A program made the position numbers and the translations under genes. Under the pieces are notes generated by a model that saw nothing but the letters and a program-made list of their open reading frames with translations, ran no database searches and was not told the origin of the DNA. From an uncultured virus (IMG/VR IMGVR_UViG_3300037508_001334) (lineage: Duplodnaviria > Heunggongvirae > Uroviricota > Caudoviricetes), in the IMG/VR virus record IMGVR_UViG_3300037508_001334: a DNA stretch of 64,000 nucleotides; one strand, given 5' to 3'. Below, one piece after another: positions 9,896-19,849 of the stretch (the first letter of the stretch is position 1; every line of letters starts with the position of its first letter).

Positions 9896-11258
9896 GTTTT
9901 TGATTCTTCGTAATCTTCTTTATAATGAAAATTACTTAAGAAAAGTTATTCCTTTCATTAAATCTGAGTATTTTGAAGATCTTAATCAAAAGATTGTATT
10001 TGAAGAAGTTTTAAAGTTTATTCAACAATATAATGAACTTGCTACAAAAGAAGTTCTTTGCATTGAAGTTGAAAAACGTCAAGATATTAATGACACTTCT
10101 TTCAAAGAAATCACACATCTGATTGAATGTCTTGATGATGTTCCAGCAGAGTTTAACTGGTTAGTTGATACTACTGAAAAGTGGTGTCGTGATCGTGCCA
10201 TCTATCTTGCATTGATGGAATCTATTCATATTGCAGATGGAAAGGATGAAAAGAAAAATCGTGATAGTATTCCCAGCATTCTCTCAGATGCTCTTGCTGT
10301 ATCTTTTGATACTAACATCGGACACGATTATCTGTTAGACTATGAGGCACGTTATGAGTCTTATCATAGAAAGGAAGAGAAAATTGAATTTGATCTTGAA
10401 TATTTTAATAAAATCACAAAAGGTGGTTTACCTAATAAGACTCTCAATATCGCTCTTGCTGGTACAGGTGTCGGAAAAAGTCTCTTTATGTGCCACGTGG
10501 CTGCTTCCGTCCTATTGCAAGGCAGGAACGTTTTGTATATCACTCTTGAAATGGCGGAGGAACGAATTGCTGAAAGAATTGACGCAAATCTTTTGAATAT
10601 TCCTATTCAGCAACTTAATGAACTTCCAAAGTCAATGTTTGAGAATAAAGTTACTAATCTTGCAAAGAAAACTCAGGGAACTTTAATCATTAAAGAATAT
10701 CCAACTGCATCTGCTCATAGTGGGCATTTTAAATCTCTGTTGAATGAACTTTCCCTTAAGAAGTCTTTCAAACCAGATATTATTTTCATTGACTATCTTA
10801 ATATTTGTTCTTCCTCTCGTTATCGTGGAAACAGCAACATTAACTCATACACTTTTATTAAGGCAATTGCGGAAGAACTTCGGGGACTTGCCTGTGAGTT
10901 CAATGTTCCAATTGTAAGTGCAACACAAACTACAAGAAGTGGTTATGGTAGTTCCGATGTTGAGTTGACTGATACTTCAGAATCTTTTGGACTTCCTGCT
11001 ACTGCTGATCTTATGTTTGCTTTGATTAGTACAGAAGAACTGGAGGGACTTGGGCAGATTCTGGTGAAGCAACTTAAGAATCGTTATAATGATCCTACTA
11101 TTCATAAACGTTTTGTAATCGGTATTGATCGTGCCAAAATGAGACTTTATGATTGTGAACAGTCGGCACAGGAAGATATTCTTGACAACGGCAAAGAAGA
11201 AGAGTATGATAATGAAGAAAAGAAACCTAAAAAATCATTTGAGGGATTTAAGTTTTGA
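9882..11258 (+). CDS. gp41: Replicative DNA helicase (DnaB-like)
   Basis: AGTGVGKS, ITLEMAEE, IFIDYLN, KQLKNRY. Confidence 0.96.
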   Translation: MDKVEFLILRNLLYNENYLRKVIPFIKSEYFEDLNQKIVFEEVLKFIQQYNELATKEVLCIEVEKRQDINDTSFKEITHLIECLDDVPAEFNWLVDTTEKWCRDRAIYLALMESIHIADGKDEKKNRDSIPSILSDALAVSFDTNIGHDYLLDYEARYESYHRKEEKIEFDLEYFNKITKGGLPNKTLNIALAGTGVGKSLFMCHVAASVLLQGRNVLYITLEMAEERIAERIDANLLNIPIQQLNELPKSMFENKVTNLAKKTQGTLIIKEYPTASAHSGHFKSLLNELSLKKSFKPDIIFIDYLNICSSSRYRGNSNINSYTFIKAIAEELRGLACEFNVPIVSATQTTRSGYGSSDVELTDTSESFGLPATADLMFALISTEELEGLGQILVKQLKNRYNDPTIHKRFVIGIDRAKMRLYDCEQSAQEDILDNGKEEEYDNEEKKPKKSFEGFKF

Positions 11259-11725
11259 TTAATATTAATAAAGAAATTCTTCCTAATGGATCTACTAAAT
11301 TTACTATGACTGAAAGCAAAGTGATTGACACTAAAAAATATATTGAGTTTGTCCGTCAAACTACAAGTCCTGCAAGTAGTGATTTTGCAGCACTTCTTGC
11401 ACGTATGACTGAACTTGAAGCAACGAATGATGCAGATGTTCCTCGTCTATTGACTGCTGCTCTTGGTATGACAGCAGAAGCAGGAGAATTTACAGAAGTT
11501 GTAAAAAAAATTGTAATGCAAGGAAAACCTTATAATGAAGAAAATGTTTTCCATATGAAGAGAGAACTTGGTGATATTTGTTGGTATCTTGCACAAGCTT
11601 GTATGGCACTTGATACTAACTTTGAAGAAGTTCTTCAAATGAACTATGAAAAACTGAGTGCAAGATATCCGGAAGGGACATTTGATGTATTCAGAAGTGA
11701 AAATCGTAAGGAGGGAGATCTATGA
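11255..11725 (+). CDS. mazG: MazG-like NTP pyrophosphohydrolase
   Basis: AEAGEFTEVVKK, ELGDICWY, KLSARYP; true start may be 11306. Confidence 0.88.
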   Translation: MININKEILPNGSTKFTMTESKVIDTKKYIEFVRQTTSPASSDFAALLARMTELEATNDADVPRLLTAALGMTAEAGEFTEVVKKIVMQGKPYNEENVFHMKRELGDICWYLAQACMALDTNFEEVLQMNYEKLSARYPEGTFDVFRSENRKEGDL

Positions 11726-11877
11726 CCGAAACAACTTGGCCTTATAATCATCGTCACTCTTCTGAACTCTGGGATATTACTGCAGAAATTCTCACAGAAC
11801 TGTCCCGAAGAGATGAAGTTGTTTATCAGGTAAAAGCAACGCCCGAGTCTGTGAAATCAAAGATAGAATCACTATGA
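11722..11877 (+). CDS. 51-aa hypothetical protein
   Basis: Hand-translated MTETTWPYNHRHSSELWDITAEIL...; GGAGGG RBS; ATGA overlaps at both ends. Confidence 0.65.
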   Translation: MTETTWPYNHRHSSELWDITAEILTELSRRDEVVYQVKATPESVKSKIESL

Positions 11878-12059
11878 CTAAAGAAAAACAAGTAACACTT
11901 AAATTGGATGCTCGTGCAGCAGCAGCGGTTCGTCAAGTTCTCTTTGAAGCACAGAGAGGATATACTTATGATAAAGTGAGTGTCCCTCCTCGTATTGTTG
12001 ACATTCGTTCAGTTATTCAAAGTATTGACGACAATCTTGGAGCAGCACTTGGAGTTTGA
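11874..12059 (+). CDS. Hypothetical protein
   Basis: 61-aa ORF, translationally coupled, ends at a terminator. Confidence 0.7.
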   Translation: MTKEKQVTLKLDARAAAAVRQVLFEAQRGYTYDKVSVPPRIVDIRSVIQSIDDNLGAALGV

Positions 12060-12086
12060 CCCTTTGGGGTCTTTTTTTTATAAATA
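12058..12086 (+). terminator. Terminator fused to a T4-type late promoter TATAAATA (12079-12086)
   Basis: GACCC-tttg-GGGTC plus T8, running directly into TATAAATA. Confidence 0.75.
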
Positions 12087-12108
12087 ACTAAAAAGTATTT
12101 GTAGAAAA

Positions 12109-13044
12109 ATGGATTCTAAAGAACTTAGAGGTTTGTGTGAAGCTTATACTGCTGTTTACGATGAAGAACTCAGAGATGAGTTAGAAGAAATGTCAGATGA
12201 ATTTGCTGGCATTGAAGATTTAACCGATGATGAAATTGATGCAATTGTTGAAGAAACAATTGATGAGATGCTTGATGAAGGATATGAATTTGATGAAGTA
12301 GAGCAAATTTTTGAAGAAGTTCTTTCGGAAGCAAGAGTTGATATGGCAGCTCGTGCTGCTGCAAGAAAAAAGGAAATGGCAGCATCGGAAAAGTCTGCAA
12401 AAGAAGCAAGACGTAGAGGTGCAGAAGTAGTTAGAAAAGAAAAAAGAGCAGAAGCAATTTCTAAAGTGAAGGGTGCTGTTAAGTCTGCACTTGGAAAAGC
12501 AAAAGCAGCAGTTAAATCTGGTGTTGCAAAAGCAAAAGAAGCTGGAAAAGAAGCAAAGTTTCGTGCAGTAGATAAACCAGTAGCTGCTTATGCTACTAAA
12601 AGAAATCTTCATCCTGCCGCAGGAATGGCAGCAAGATCAAAAGATCCTGAAAAGAGAAGAGGACTAAGAGCAAAAGTTGCTGCTGATATCAAAGGCAGAA
12701 TTAAAAAGAAAATTGCTCAGGCACAAGTAGGTGCTTATAGTGCTGCAAGAAAAGCTGGACAGGCAGCATCTGATGTTGCCGGAAGAGCAAAACAAAGTGC
12801 AAAAAATATTAAGGCAAAAACCAAAAGGGGAGTTAAGAGTGCAATAGGTGCAGCAGCTTCTAAAGTTGCATCTGGAGCATCTGGACTTGCTACAAGAATG
12901 GCAACGGAAGAAATTGATGTTTATGATGTAGTTCTTGAGTATCTTCTTGGTGGAGGTTATGCTGAGACACAAGAAGCAGCAGAAAAAATTATGTTAAATA
13001 TGAGTGAAGAGTGGAAAAACGAAATTATTGCTAAGTGTGATTGA
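12109..13044 (+). CDS. Late protein with acidic N-terminus and Ala/Lys-rich core; probable internal virion protein
   Basis: Late promoter; acidic and basic blocks; C-terminal YDVVLEYL..GYAET..AA.IM.NMSEEW segment. Confidence 0.7.
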   Translation: MDSKELRGLCEAYTAVYDEELRDELEEMSDEFAGIEDLTDDEIDAIVEETIDEMLDEGYEFDEVEQIFEEVLSEARVDMAARAAARKKEMAASEKSAKEARRRGAEVVRKEKRAEAISKVKGAVKSALGKAKAAVKSGVAKAKEAGKEAKFRAVDKPVAAYATKRNLHPAAGMAARSKDPEKRRGLRAKVAADIKGRIKKKIAQAQVGAYSAARKAGQAASDVAGRAKQSAKNIKAKTKRGVKSAIGAAASKVASGASGLATRMATEEIDVYDVVLEYLLGGGYAETQEAAEKIMLNMSEEWKNEIIAKCD

Positions 13045-13068
13045 TAAATAACTAAGGAAGGTTGCTCT

Positions 13069-13104
13069 GACCCACTTGACTTTTAGTTGAGTGGGTCTTA
13101 TACT
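13069..13104 (+). promoter_or_regulatory. Sigma70-type promoter for tRNA-Ala inside an inverted repeat
   Basis: TTGACT 13076-81, 17 nt spacer, TATACT 13099-104; GACCCACTTGAC/GTTGAGTGGGTC stem. Confidence 0.65.
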
Positions 13105-13113
13105 TTCTACATC

Positions 13114-13187
13114 GGGGATATAGCTCAGTTGGTAGTAGCGCTTGCTTTGCAAGCAAGATGTCATCGGTTCGAGTCCGATTATCTCCA
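13114..13187 (+). tRNA. tRNA-Ala(UGC)
   Basis: Cloverleaf, anticodon arm CTTGC-tt-TGC-aa-GCAAG, G3:U70 identity pair, TTCGA T-loop. Confidence 0.95.
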
Positions 13188-13236
13188 TAAATACGGGAAT
13201 TGAAAAAAAATAAATATAAGTATAATAAAAAGTAAT

Positions 13237-14517
13237 ATGAAGAGTTTCTCCCAATTTTTATTTGAAGCAGCACAATCACAAGCATCAATGCAAGCAAAAA
13301 AACTTGGATTGCGTGGAGATGGCCACGGTGGTTGGTTAGATCGTTCTGGGAAAACCATAGCAAGAACTGAAGATGGGAAATTAAAGTTTATTGATGGACG
13401 ACAAGCATCAACAAAACAGGAACCAAAACAATCCGTAGGATCTACTCCTACACAACAATCAAAAACAGTAACTTCCACACCTACTACTTCTACTCCTCAA
13501 AAACCGAAAGTAGAACCTAAAGATCAAGTACCAAAAGAAGGTGATACTCTTACTGTAGTCTTTGGAAGATTTAATCCTCCAACAATAGGACACGAAAAAC
13601 TTTTACAATCAGCAAAAAGAATTTCTGTTGGTGGAGATGTCAAAATATATCCATCAAGAACTCAAGATCCTAAAAAGAATCCTTTGCCACCAGATACAAA
13701 AATCTCATATATGAGAAAAATGTTTCCAAATTTTGATGAAAATATTATTAATGATCCAAATATGAAAACAATTTTTGATGTTCTTATAAATGCAAATAAA
13801 GAGGGATATTCAAATATTAATTTAGTGGTAGGTTCTGATCGTCAATCTGAATTTGAAAATCTAGCTCAAAAGTATAATGGTGATTTGTATACTTTTGATT
13901 TAATTCGGGTTGTTTCTGCAGGTATAAGAGATGCTGATGCTGAGGGTGTGGAGGGAATGTCAGCTTCTAAAATGAGAAAAGCAGTAATGGATAATGATTT
14001 TAATTCATTCCGTAGAGGAACTCCAAAAACACTAGATGATGGAGACACTCAAGCACTTTTTGATGCTGTTCGTCAGGGAATGGGTGTTAAGAAAACAAAA
14101 GTTAAAAAAGAATCATATTCACTTTGGGAAATTGCTCCAAAGTTTGATATGAAAAATCTTCGTGAAAATTATGTAAGAGGTAATATCTTTAGAATAGGTG
14201 ACAAAGTGGAAAATTTAAATACTGGATTGATTGGAGAAGTAATGCGTAGAGGAACCAATCATCTTATTTGTGTAACTGAAGAGGGTTATATGTTTAAATC
14301 TTGGATTAAAGATTTGATGGAATATACTGAAGTAAAAATGGATAAAATGTATAGACTTCCTGGAAAGCCAAATACATTGGTAGGAACCACTGGATATTTG
14401 AAATATGCAGCACAACAAACTCCAGATTCAAAACTTGGAAAGAAAAATTTGCAACAAGGTGGCAGGGCATTTTTGGATTTCATAAATAAGTATAAGAAAA
14501 AGAAAGTAAGTGCTTAA
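13237..14517 (+). CDS. Cytidylyltransferase-family (HIGH-motif) nucleotidyltransferase
   Basis: FGRFNPPTIGHEKL, VVGSDR, MSASKMR. Confidence 0.85.
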   Translation: MKSFSQFLFEAAQSQASMQAKKLGLRGDGHGGWLDRSGKTIARTEDGKLKFIDGRQASTKQEPKQSVGSTPTQQSKTVTSTPTTSTPQKPKVEPKDQVPKEGDTLTVVFGRFNPPTIGHEKLLQSAKRISVGGDVKIYPSRTQDPKKNPLPPDTKISYMRKMFPNFDENIINDPNMKTIFDVLINANKEGYSNINLVVGSDRQSEFENLAQKYNGDLYTFDLIRVVSAGIRDADAEGVEGMSASKMRKAVMDNDFNSFRRGTPKTLDDGDTQALFDAVRQGMGVKKTKVKKESYSLWEIAPKFDMKNLRENYVRGNIFRIGDKVENLNTGLIGEVMRRGTNHLICVTEEGYMFKSWIKDLMEYTEVKMDKMYRLPGKPNTLVGTTGYLKYAAQQTPDSKLGKKNLQQGGRAFLDFINKYKKKKVSA

Positions 14518-14519
14518 AA

Positions 14520-16565
14520 ATGTCCACTAATTCTCTGAATGATATTTCTAAAATATATCTGGAACAGGTCGCTGTTTCTGAAGCAAAAGTAGATAAATTA
14601 AAACCAGAGCACGAAAGGGCCACTGCAAGAGATAAAAGAAGTGAATTTTCTGATCTTCCAGGATCTGGTGCAAGACGTGCGAGAAGAATTGCTCATCGAG
14701 AAAGAGATGAAATGAGAAAGGATGCGAAAGATATTCGTAGGGGTAGATTAGATGCACCTCAATTTCAGGGAAAGACTGGGCAAGAACGCATTACCCAAGT
14801 TAAAAAAGCAATGGGTATGAAGGAAGAAAAAAAACCCAATGATGGCAATCTAGCAAATAATTATCCTCCATATGATAAAGTCACCAGAGGAGATGTAATT
14901 GCTGGTAGACTTGGTAAAGATGAAATGGGTGGAAAGAAAAAAGTAACTAAAGAAGGATATTCTAATTGGAGACAAGATCTTTCTGAAGTTCTTGGTAATG
15001 TAAAGGACGATAAAAAAATTGCAGAGAAAAAAATTAATAATAAAATTACAATTAATCCTAAACTTGATCTTGGTGAAGCAATTGAAAATCTTGGTGGATC
15101 TTTAGTTGAAATGGTAGAACTTGATGAAGAATTTATTTATGAAACTGCTAATATTGCAACTGAATATTTTTATGAAATGGGTTTGAATGAGTTTGGGATT
15201 GGCATTTTAATTGAAGAACTTGGACTTGAAGGTTTTGTTGATTTTGTCTTTGAATTATCTGAGGAATATACTTTAACTGAAGCAAGAAGAAGTGGTAAAA
15301 TTGAACCAGTGACTGCCAAAGGAACGGCATTTAAATCTGGAAAACCGACTGGAAAATCATTACAAAGACTTCGTGCCCAAAAAGCAGCAAGAAAAGAAGC
15401 AGAAGCAAAAGCATCTTCATCAAAACCATCAGGAATGAAAGCAGCACTTCAAAGACAGTCTGCTGTTGCAAGTGCTAAAAAACAACAACCCACAAAAAAA
15501 CCAATTAAGGATAGAATTGCTAAAGGAGTTTTAAGTGCTCTTGATGCATATCAGAAGGGTATGGAACGTCATAGAGCAGCAACTGCAACTGCTGGTAAAG
15601 CATTGAGAGTTGCTGGAAAGGGTGCTTCTGAGTTTGGAAGAGGAGTTGCCTCTGGAGTAAAAACTGTAGGTAAAGTTGCAAAAGATGTTCGTAGAGTTGT
15701 TGGGGAAAGTGAAGAAATTGATGAAGCAAAAGTAGAATCTGGGGAAAGTGAAGCAACTAAAAAGGACATCAGAAGTCGTCGTTATGTTGAAAAAACAAAA
15801 GGTGCCGAAGGTGTAAGAAATTATGATGCAATGGGTTCTACTGCTCCTAATTGGGTGACTGCAGCAAGACGTAGAGCACATAAAGCGGAAAGAGGAATTA
15901 AAAGAGAAGAGTTTGAATTGGATGAAAAAACTTTAAGTGCTGCTGAGACTAAAAAAAAAGAAGAAATTGTAAAGTCAATGAAGGATAAAGCAGCAGATTT
16001 TGAAAAGAGATATCCTGGTCGTGGTAAAGAAGTGATGTATGCGACTGCTACTAAGATGGCAAAGAAAATGTCTGAGCAGGCAATGGAACTACAACCAAAA
16101 TCTCAGCAATCATCACAACCTCAAAAATCAGATCAGCAACAAAAAAAGTTGCAGCAACAACAAGATAGAATGAGACAACAAGAAGTTCAAATTCTTCAAA
16201 GAAAACTTCAAACATTAAGATCTGCTCCTAAAGGATCTGATCCTTCTATTATGGCTGGATATGAACCAGAAGGTGGAATGGTTGATGAGGCAAGATCTTC
16301 AGAAAAGCGTGGATTGGGTTCTCCCGAATCACCATTATCGTATCCAGGAAGAACGGTACAAAAACAAAGAGGTGAAAGGGGTGGAAGGCACCAATATAGT
16401 GGTAGTGTAGAATATGGTGGTGCAGCTGCAGAGAGGGGCAAAAAGAAATCAGATCCTTATTCTCAGGCACAAAGATTGAGAAAACTTAGTAATTATCCTG
16501 AAATTACTGGAAAATATTCTGGGATGCAAAGTAAAAAAAGAGATATTGGATCCAGATTTGACTGA
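14520..16565 (+). CDS. Large charged modular late protein, probable internal head protein
   Basis: 681 aa, alternating acidic and basic blocks separated by (I/L/V)xE motifs, Q-rich tract. Confidence 0.65.
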   Translation: MSTNSLNDISKIYLEQVAVSEAKVDKLKPEHERATARDKRSEFSDLPGSGARRARRIAHRERDEMRKDAKDIRRGRLDAPQFQGKTGQERITQVKKAMGMKEEKKPNDGNLANNYPPYDKVTRGDVIAGRLGKDEMGGKKKVTKEGYSNWRQDLSEVLGNVKDDKKIAEKKINNKITINPKLDLGEAIENLGGSLVEMVELDEEFIYETANIATEYFYEMGLNEFGIGILIEELGLEGFVDFVFELSEEYTLTEARRSGKIEPVTAKGTAFKSGKPTGKSLQRLRAQKAARKEAEAKASSSKPSGMKAALQRQSAVASAKKQQPTKKPIKDRIAKGVLSALDAYQKGMERHRAATATAGKALRVAGKGASEFGRGVASGVKTVGKVAKDVRRVVGESEEIDEAKVESGESEATKKDIRSRRYVEKTKGAEGVRNYDAMGSTAPNWVTAARRRAHKAERGIKREEFELDEKTLSAAETKKKEEIVKSMKDKAADFEKRYPGRGKEVMYATATKMAKKMSEQAMELQPKSQQSSQPQKSDQQQKKLQQQQDRMRQQEVQILQRKLQTLRSAPKGSDPSIMAGYEPEGGMVDEARSSEKRGLGSPESPLSYPGRTVQKQRGERGGRHQYSGSVEYGGAAAERGKKKSDPYSQAQRLRKLSNYPEITGKYSGMQSKKRDIGSRFD

Positions 16566-16625
16566 TCGTTAAAAAAGGTTAAATTGTCTAAATAAGTTAG
16601 GACATTTCCAAAAACGGAGGACATT

Positions 16626-16796
16626 ATGGGAGTACTTGTAGAACTAGTAAAACCAATTATTCTTGCAGCAATGAATTCTTGTCATACCAAAAAACTTGTA
16701 TGCGATCTCTTAGATCGTTATGTCAAGACTACTGACAATGATGTTGATAATGTTATTGCATTAACTGTAAGAACAGCATTACTTAAAAATTGCTGA
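16626..16796 (+). CDS. 56-aa hypothetical protein
   Basis: Hand-translated MGVLVELVKPIILAAMNS...YVKTTDNDVDN; GGAGG RBS. Confidence 0.75.
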   Translation: MGVLVELVKPIILAAMNSCHTKKLVCDLLDRYVKTTDNDVDNVIALTVRTALLKNC

Positions 16797-16821
16797 TAAG
16801 TAAACAAAATTTACTTCAAGG

Positions 16822-16857
16822 GAGATCCTTAAGTGGGGTCTCTTTTTTTTATAAATA
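16822..16857 (+). terminator. Terminator fused to late promoter TATAAATA (16850-57)
   Basis: GAGATCCT/GGGGTCTC stem plus T8 running into TATAAATA. Confidence 0.7.
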
Positions 16858-16889
16858 TCTTATAGAAATAACTTTTACGGAAGAAGAAC

Positions 16890-17651
16890 ATGGCACTCTG
16901 GGGAAATAATGATGCTAAAGGTTCTGGTGGAACAGTATCTCTCAATTATGATACTCTTATTGTAACTGGTAGTGGAACCACTTTTGGGCAAGTAGGTGCT
17001 GCTGCAACTGGTGATGTAATTAGATTTGGTAGTAGAACGGGTACTTATTATGGTGATGCAGTAATTGTTGGTATTGAAAGTGCAACCCAACTTTCTATTG
17101 GTAGAACCTCTGGGTTAAGTGGTGCTGCTATTTCTGGAGTTCAATTTGATGTTAGTGAGCTTCCAAAATATACAATTAAAGATAAAAGATATCAACAGAT
17201 TTTTACAGATTCCACTGAAACTTCACTTGTTCTTTCTACAACAGCATCTTTAACTGCTGGCATTGGAACAGGTATTGTATACGTTGAAAGTACAACAGGA
17301 ATCACTACTGGAGACACTCTTGTAAGTGGTAATACATCAAAGGTTGTGGTTTCTTTTGCTTCAACATCTGTTTCTCTTGCATCTACAATTGCATCTGCAA
17401 TTGCTTCAGGGAGTAAGGTTGATTTTACTAGAGTGACTGGTGGTTATGAAGCATCAATTTATGGTGTTGCTGAAGGTGGAATGGATTCTGCTGCAGGCAC
17501 TGTATATGAATTAACTCACGAAGGTTGGGTTGGTATTCAAACTTATATGGATGCGGAAGGAAATCTAAGAGTTAAAAAAGAGACTCTTGTGGCAATGTCT
17601 GGAATTACCACTGGAAATATTCCTTTATATGATAGTAACCCATTGGTTTGA
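16890..17651 (+). CDS. Virion structural protein (fibre/decoration-like)
   Basis: MALWGNND start, G/T/S-rich, HEGWVG...LRVKKETLVAMS C-terminus, late promoter. Confidence 0.7.
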   Translation: MALWGNNDAKGSGGTVSLNYDTLIVTGSGTTFGQVGAAATGDVIRFGSRTGTYYGDAVIVGIESATQLSIGRTSGLSGAAISGVQFDVSELPKYTIKDKRYQQIFTDSTETSLVLSTTASLTAGIGTGIVYVESTTGITTGDTLVSGNTSKVVVSFASTSVSLASTIASAIASGSKVDFTRVTGGYEASIYGVAEGGMDSAAGTVYELTHEGWVGIQTYMDAEGNLRVKKETLVAMSGITTGNIPLYDSNPLV

Positions 17652-17657
17652 TAATAT

Positions 17658-18050
17658 ATGATTTTTAATGAATTGAATGAGGATAATTTTCTTTTATTTG
17701 CAATTAAACATTATGAAAATCCTCAAGCAGTAACTAGAGAAGATTTTGATAAAGATCTAAATCATTTTAAGTATATTAAAAGATTACTGAAAAGATATAA
17801 AAATAATGGTGAACTTAAAACTCACCTTCTTCTCAATCACTTTATTATTCTTTATAATATTTTTGGAGAAGCAACAACTCCTATGTTGTTTTTTAAAATT
17901 GAAAAAGACCTTTGGTCTCCTGTGAAAAGTTTTATTATTTTTTTGAATAGACTTCCAGAATATCCAAAGTCAAGCATTCACGATATACAAGTTGATTTAA
18001 ATTGTTTATCAAAACTTCAACAAATCTATAATGGACCACAAGAAACTTGA
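17658..18050 (+). CDS. Conserved T4-like cyanophage hypothetical protein
   Basis: LNEDNFLLFAIKHYENP...LLLNHFIILYNIFG. Confidence 0.75.
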   Translation: MIFNELNEDNFLLFAIKHYENPQAVTREDFDKDLNHFKYIKRLLKRYKNNGELKTHLLLNHFIILYNIFGEATTPMLFFKIEKDLWSPVKSFIIFLNRLPEYPKSSIHDIQVDLNCLSKLQQIYNGPQET

Positions 18051-18234
18051 TAAGATTATTTCAATCATCCGTGAGCAAATGGTAGCAAATGCTCCTGGAG
18101 GATCTGGTGGATTTAGCGGATCTGTTGACCCGAAAGGTCCTACTGCTGGGTTTGATCCTATTATGGGGAAAGTTCAAAAAAGATATATGAAAGGAAAAAG
18201 AAAACCGTGGTTAGATTATCTAAAAAATAAATAA
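18031..18234 (+). CDS. Small Gly-rich hypothetical protein
   Basis: 67-aa ORF in operon context. Confidence 0.65.
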   Translation: MDHKKLDKIISIIREQMVANAPGGSGGFSGSVDPKGPTAGFDPIMGKVQKRYMKGKRKPWLDYLKNK

Positions 18235-18289
18235 CTATAGAAAATTCTGATTTACTACTTGAATCGAAGCAAACAAACTATCTAGAGAA

Positions 18290-18706
18290 ATGTCAGACGA
18301 AGTAGTAAAAGTTGCCGTTCTAGAGCAAAAATTTGCTGATTTTATTAATATTGTAAACAAATTAGATGATGCTATACAAAAGTTAAGTGAAGTTAATACG
18401 AATGTAATTAAAATGCTTGCAGTTCACGATGAAAAAATTGATCAGTGTAATAAAACTGATGATTTGTTTCTCAAAATGATCGATGATATTCGTGATGAAA
18501 ATGCGGAAGATCATCAAAAGTCTAATGAAAGAATTTTAGCTTTGGAAAAAGAAATTGGTGAAGTCTCGAAAATAAAGTGGATGACGATAGGATGTGGAGT
18601 TGTTTTAGCAGTTCTTGCAACTTCTTTTTCCACATTAGCATCTGGTTGGTGGACACCAGCAGGAATGAGAGATGCTAGAGATATTCACCAGTCTAGTCTC
18701 AAGTAA
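18290..18706 (+). CDS. Coiled-coil protein with C-terminal transmembrane segment
   Basis: Heptad-rich region, MLAVHDEKI, hydrophobic WMTIGCGVVLAVLA. Confidence 0.7.
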   Translation: MSDEVVKVAVLEQKFADFINIVNKLDDAIQKLSEVNTNVIKMLAVHDEKIDQCNKTDDLFLKMIDDIRDENAEDHQKSNERILALEKEIGEVSKIKWMTIGCGVVLAVLATSFSTLASGWWTPAGMRDARDIHQSSLK

Positions 18707-18880
18707 AATAAATAATTGAGTGTTGGCATAAGATGCCAATGAAACCCCCAAAAAAAGTCACCCTCTACTCACTACAAAAAGCTACTAACGCAGTCATTAA
18801 ATGGACCGCAATAATGACTGCTCTTTGCCTTGACAAAGTACGATAGTTTGATAGAATAGAATACCAGTGATGTCTTGTTT

Positions 18881-19849
18881 ATGGACTTTGTTGATGTAAA
18901 ATACATCAATTTGATTTCTTCCCGATTCCAAAAGTTTAAGAAAGTAAAGAATAATCTTTATAACTTTAGGTGTCCGATTTGTGGAGACTCTCAAAGGAAT
19001 AAAAATAAAGCACGGGGATATCTCTATCAAGTTAAAAATAATACAAACTTTAAGTGTCATAATTGTGGAATTAATATATCATTTAACAATTTTCTTAAAC
19101 AGATAGATTCGACAATTCACAAACAATATACTTTTGATAAGTTCAAAGAAGGACATACTGGCAAGAATTTTACAGTTGAAGAACCTGTATTTAATTTTGA
19201 AGTACCTCAATTCAAACCGAAGTTAAATTTGCCAAAAGCAACAGAAAATCAAAAAGCAAAAGACTACTTAGAAAGTAGAAAACTAAATCCGGATAAATTT
19301 TATTACACAGATAAATTTAAATCGTGGACAAATTCTATAAAAGAAGTCTTCGATGATACTATTAAAGATGAACCTAGGATTATCATTCCTTTGTTCTATC
19401 AAAATACTTTAGTTGGATTTCAAGGTAGAGCACTTGGTCCAAGTAAGATTAAATATATTACTGTGATGCTTAGTGATGACGCACCAAAAATCTATGGACT
19501 CGATGAAGTTCAAAAAGACAAAACTGTATATGTCACCGAAGGACCATTTGACTCAACATTCATTTCAAATGCGATTGCTATGTGTGGAGCTGATGGTGAT
19601 GTTAGTAAGTGGGGCATTGGTGATCCTGTTTGGATATACGATAACGAACCACGTAATTCAGAAATCCTATCAAGAATTTCCCGTGTTATTGAAATGGGAC
19701 AAAAAGTTGTCATCTGGCCTTCATCAATAAAAGAGAAGGATATCAATGATATGGTTTTGTCTGGACTTGATATTCAGAACGTGATAAAATCTAACGTGTA
19801 TTCTGGATTAGAAGCAAAACTTAAATTTACTACCTGGAAAAAAGTATGA
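18881..19849 (+). CDS. gp61: DNA primase
   Basis: Zn finger CPICGDS...CHNC, TOPRIM EGPFDS, YDNEPR. Confidence 0.95.
   Translation: MDFVDVKYINLISSRFQKFKKVKNNLYNFRCPICGDSQRNKNKARGYLYQVKNNTNFKCHNCGINISFNNFLKQIDSTIHKQYTFDKFKEGHTGKNFTVEEPVFNFEVPQFKPKLNLPKATENQKAKDYLESRKLNPDKFYYTDKFKSWTNSIKEVFDDTIKDEPRIIIPLFYQNTLVGFQGRALGPSKIKYITVMLSDDAPKIYGLDEVQKDKTVYVTEGPFDSTFISNAIAMCGADGDVSKWGIGDPVWIYDNEPRNSEILSRISRVIEMGQKVVIWPSSIKEKDINDMVLSGLDIQNVIKSNVYSGLEAKLKFTTWKKV

Noticed and set aside
15700..15753. 14-bp direct repeat TGGGGAAAGTGAAG
   Set aside because: Two in-frame copies encoding GESE within a protein; not an array or att site.
16090..16190. CAA/CAG-rich tract
   Set aside because: Low-complexity Gln-rich coding sequence.
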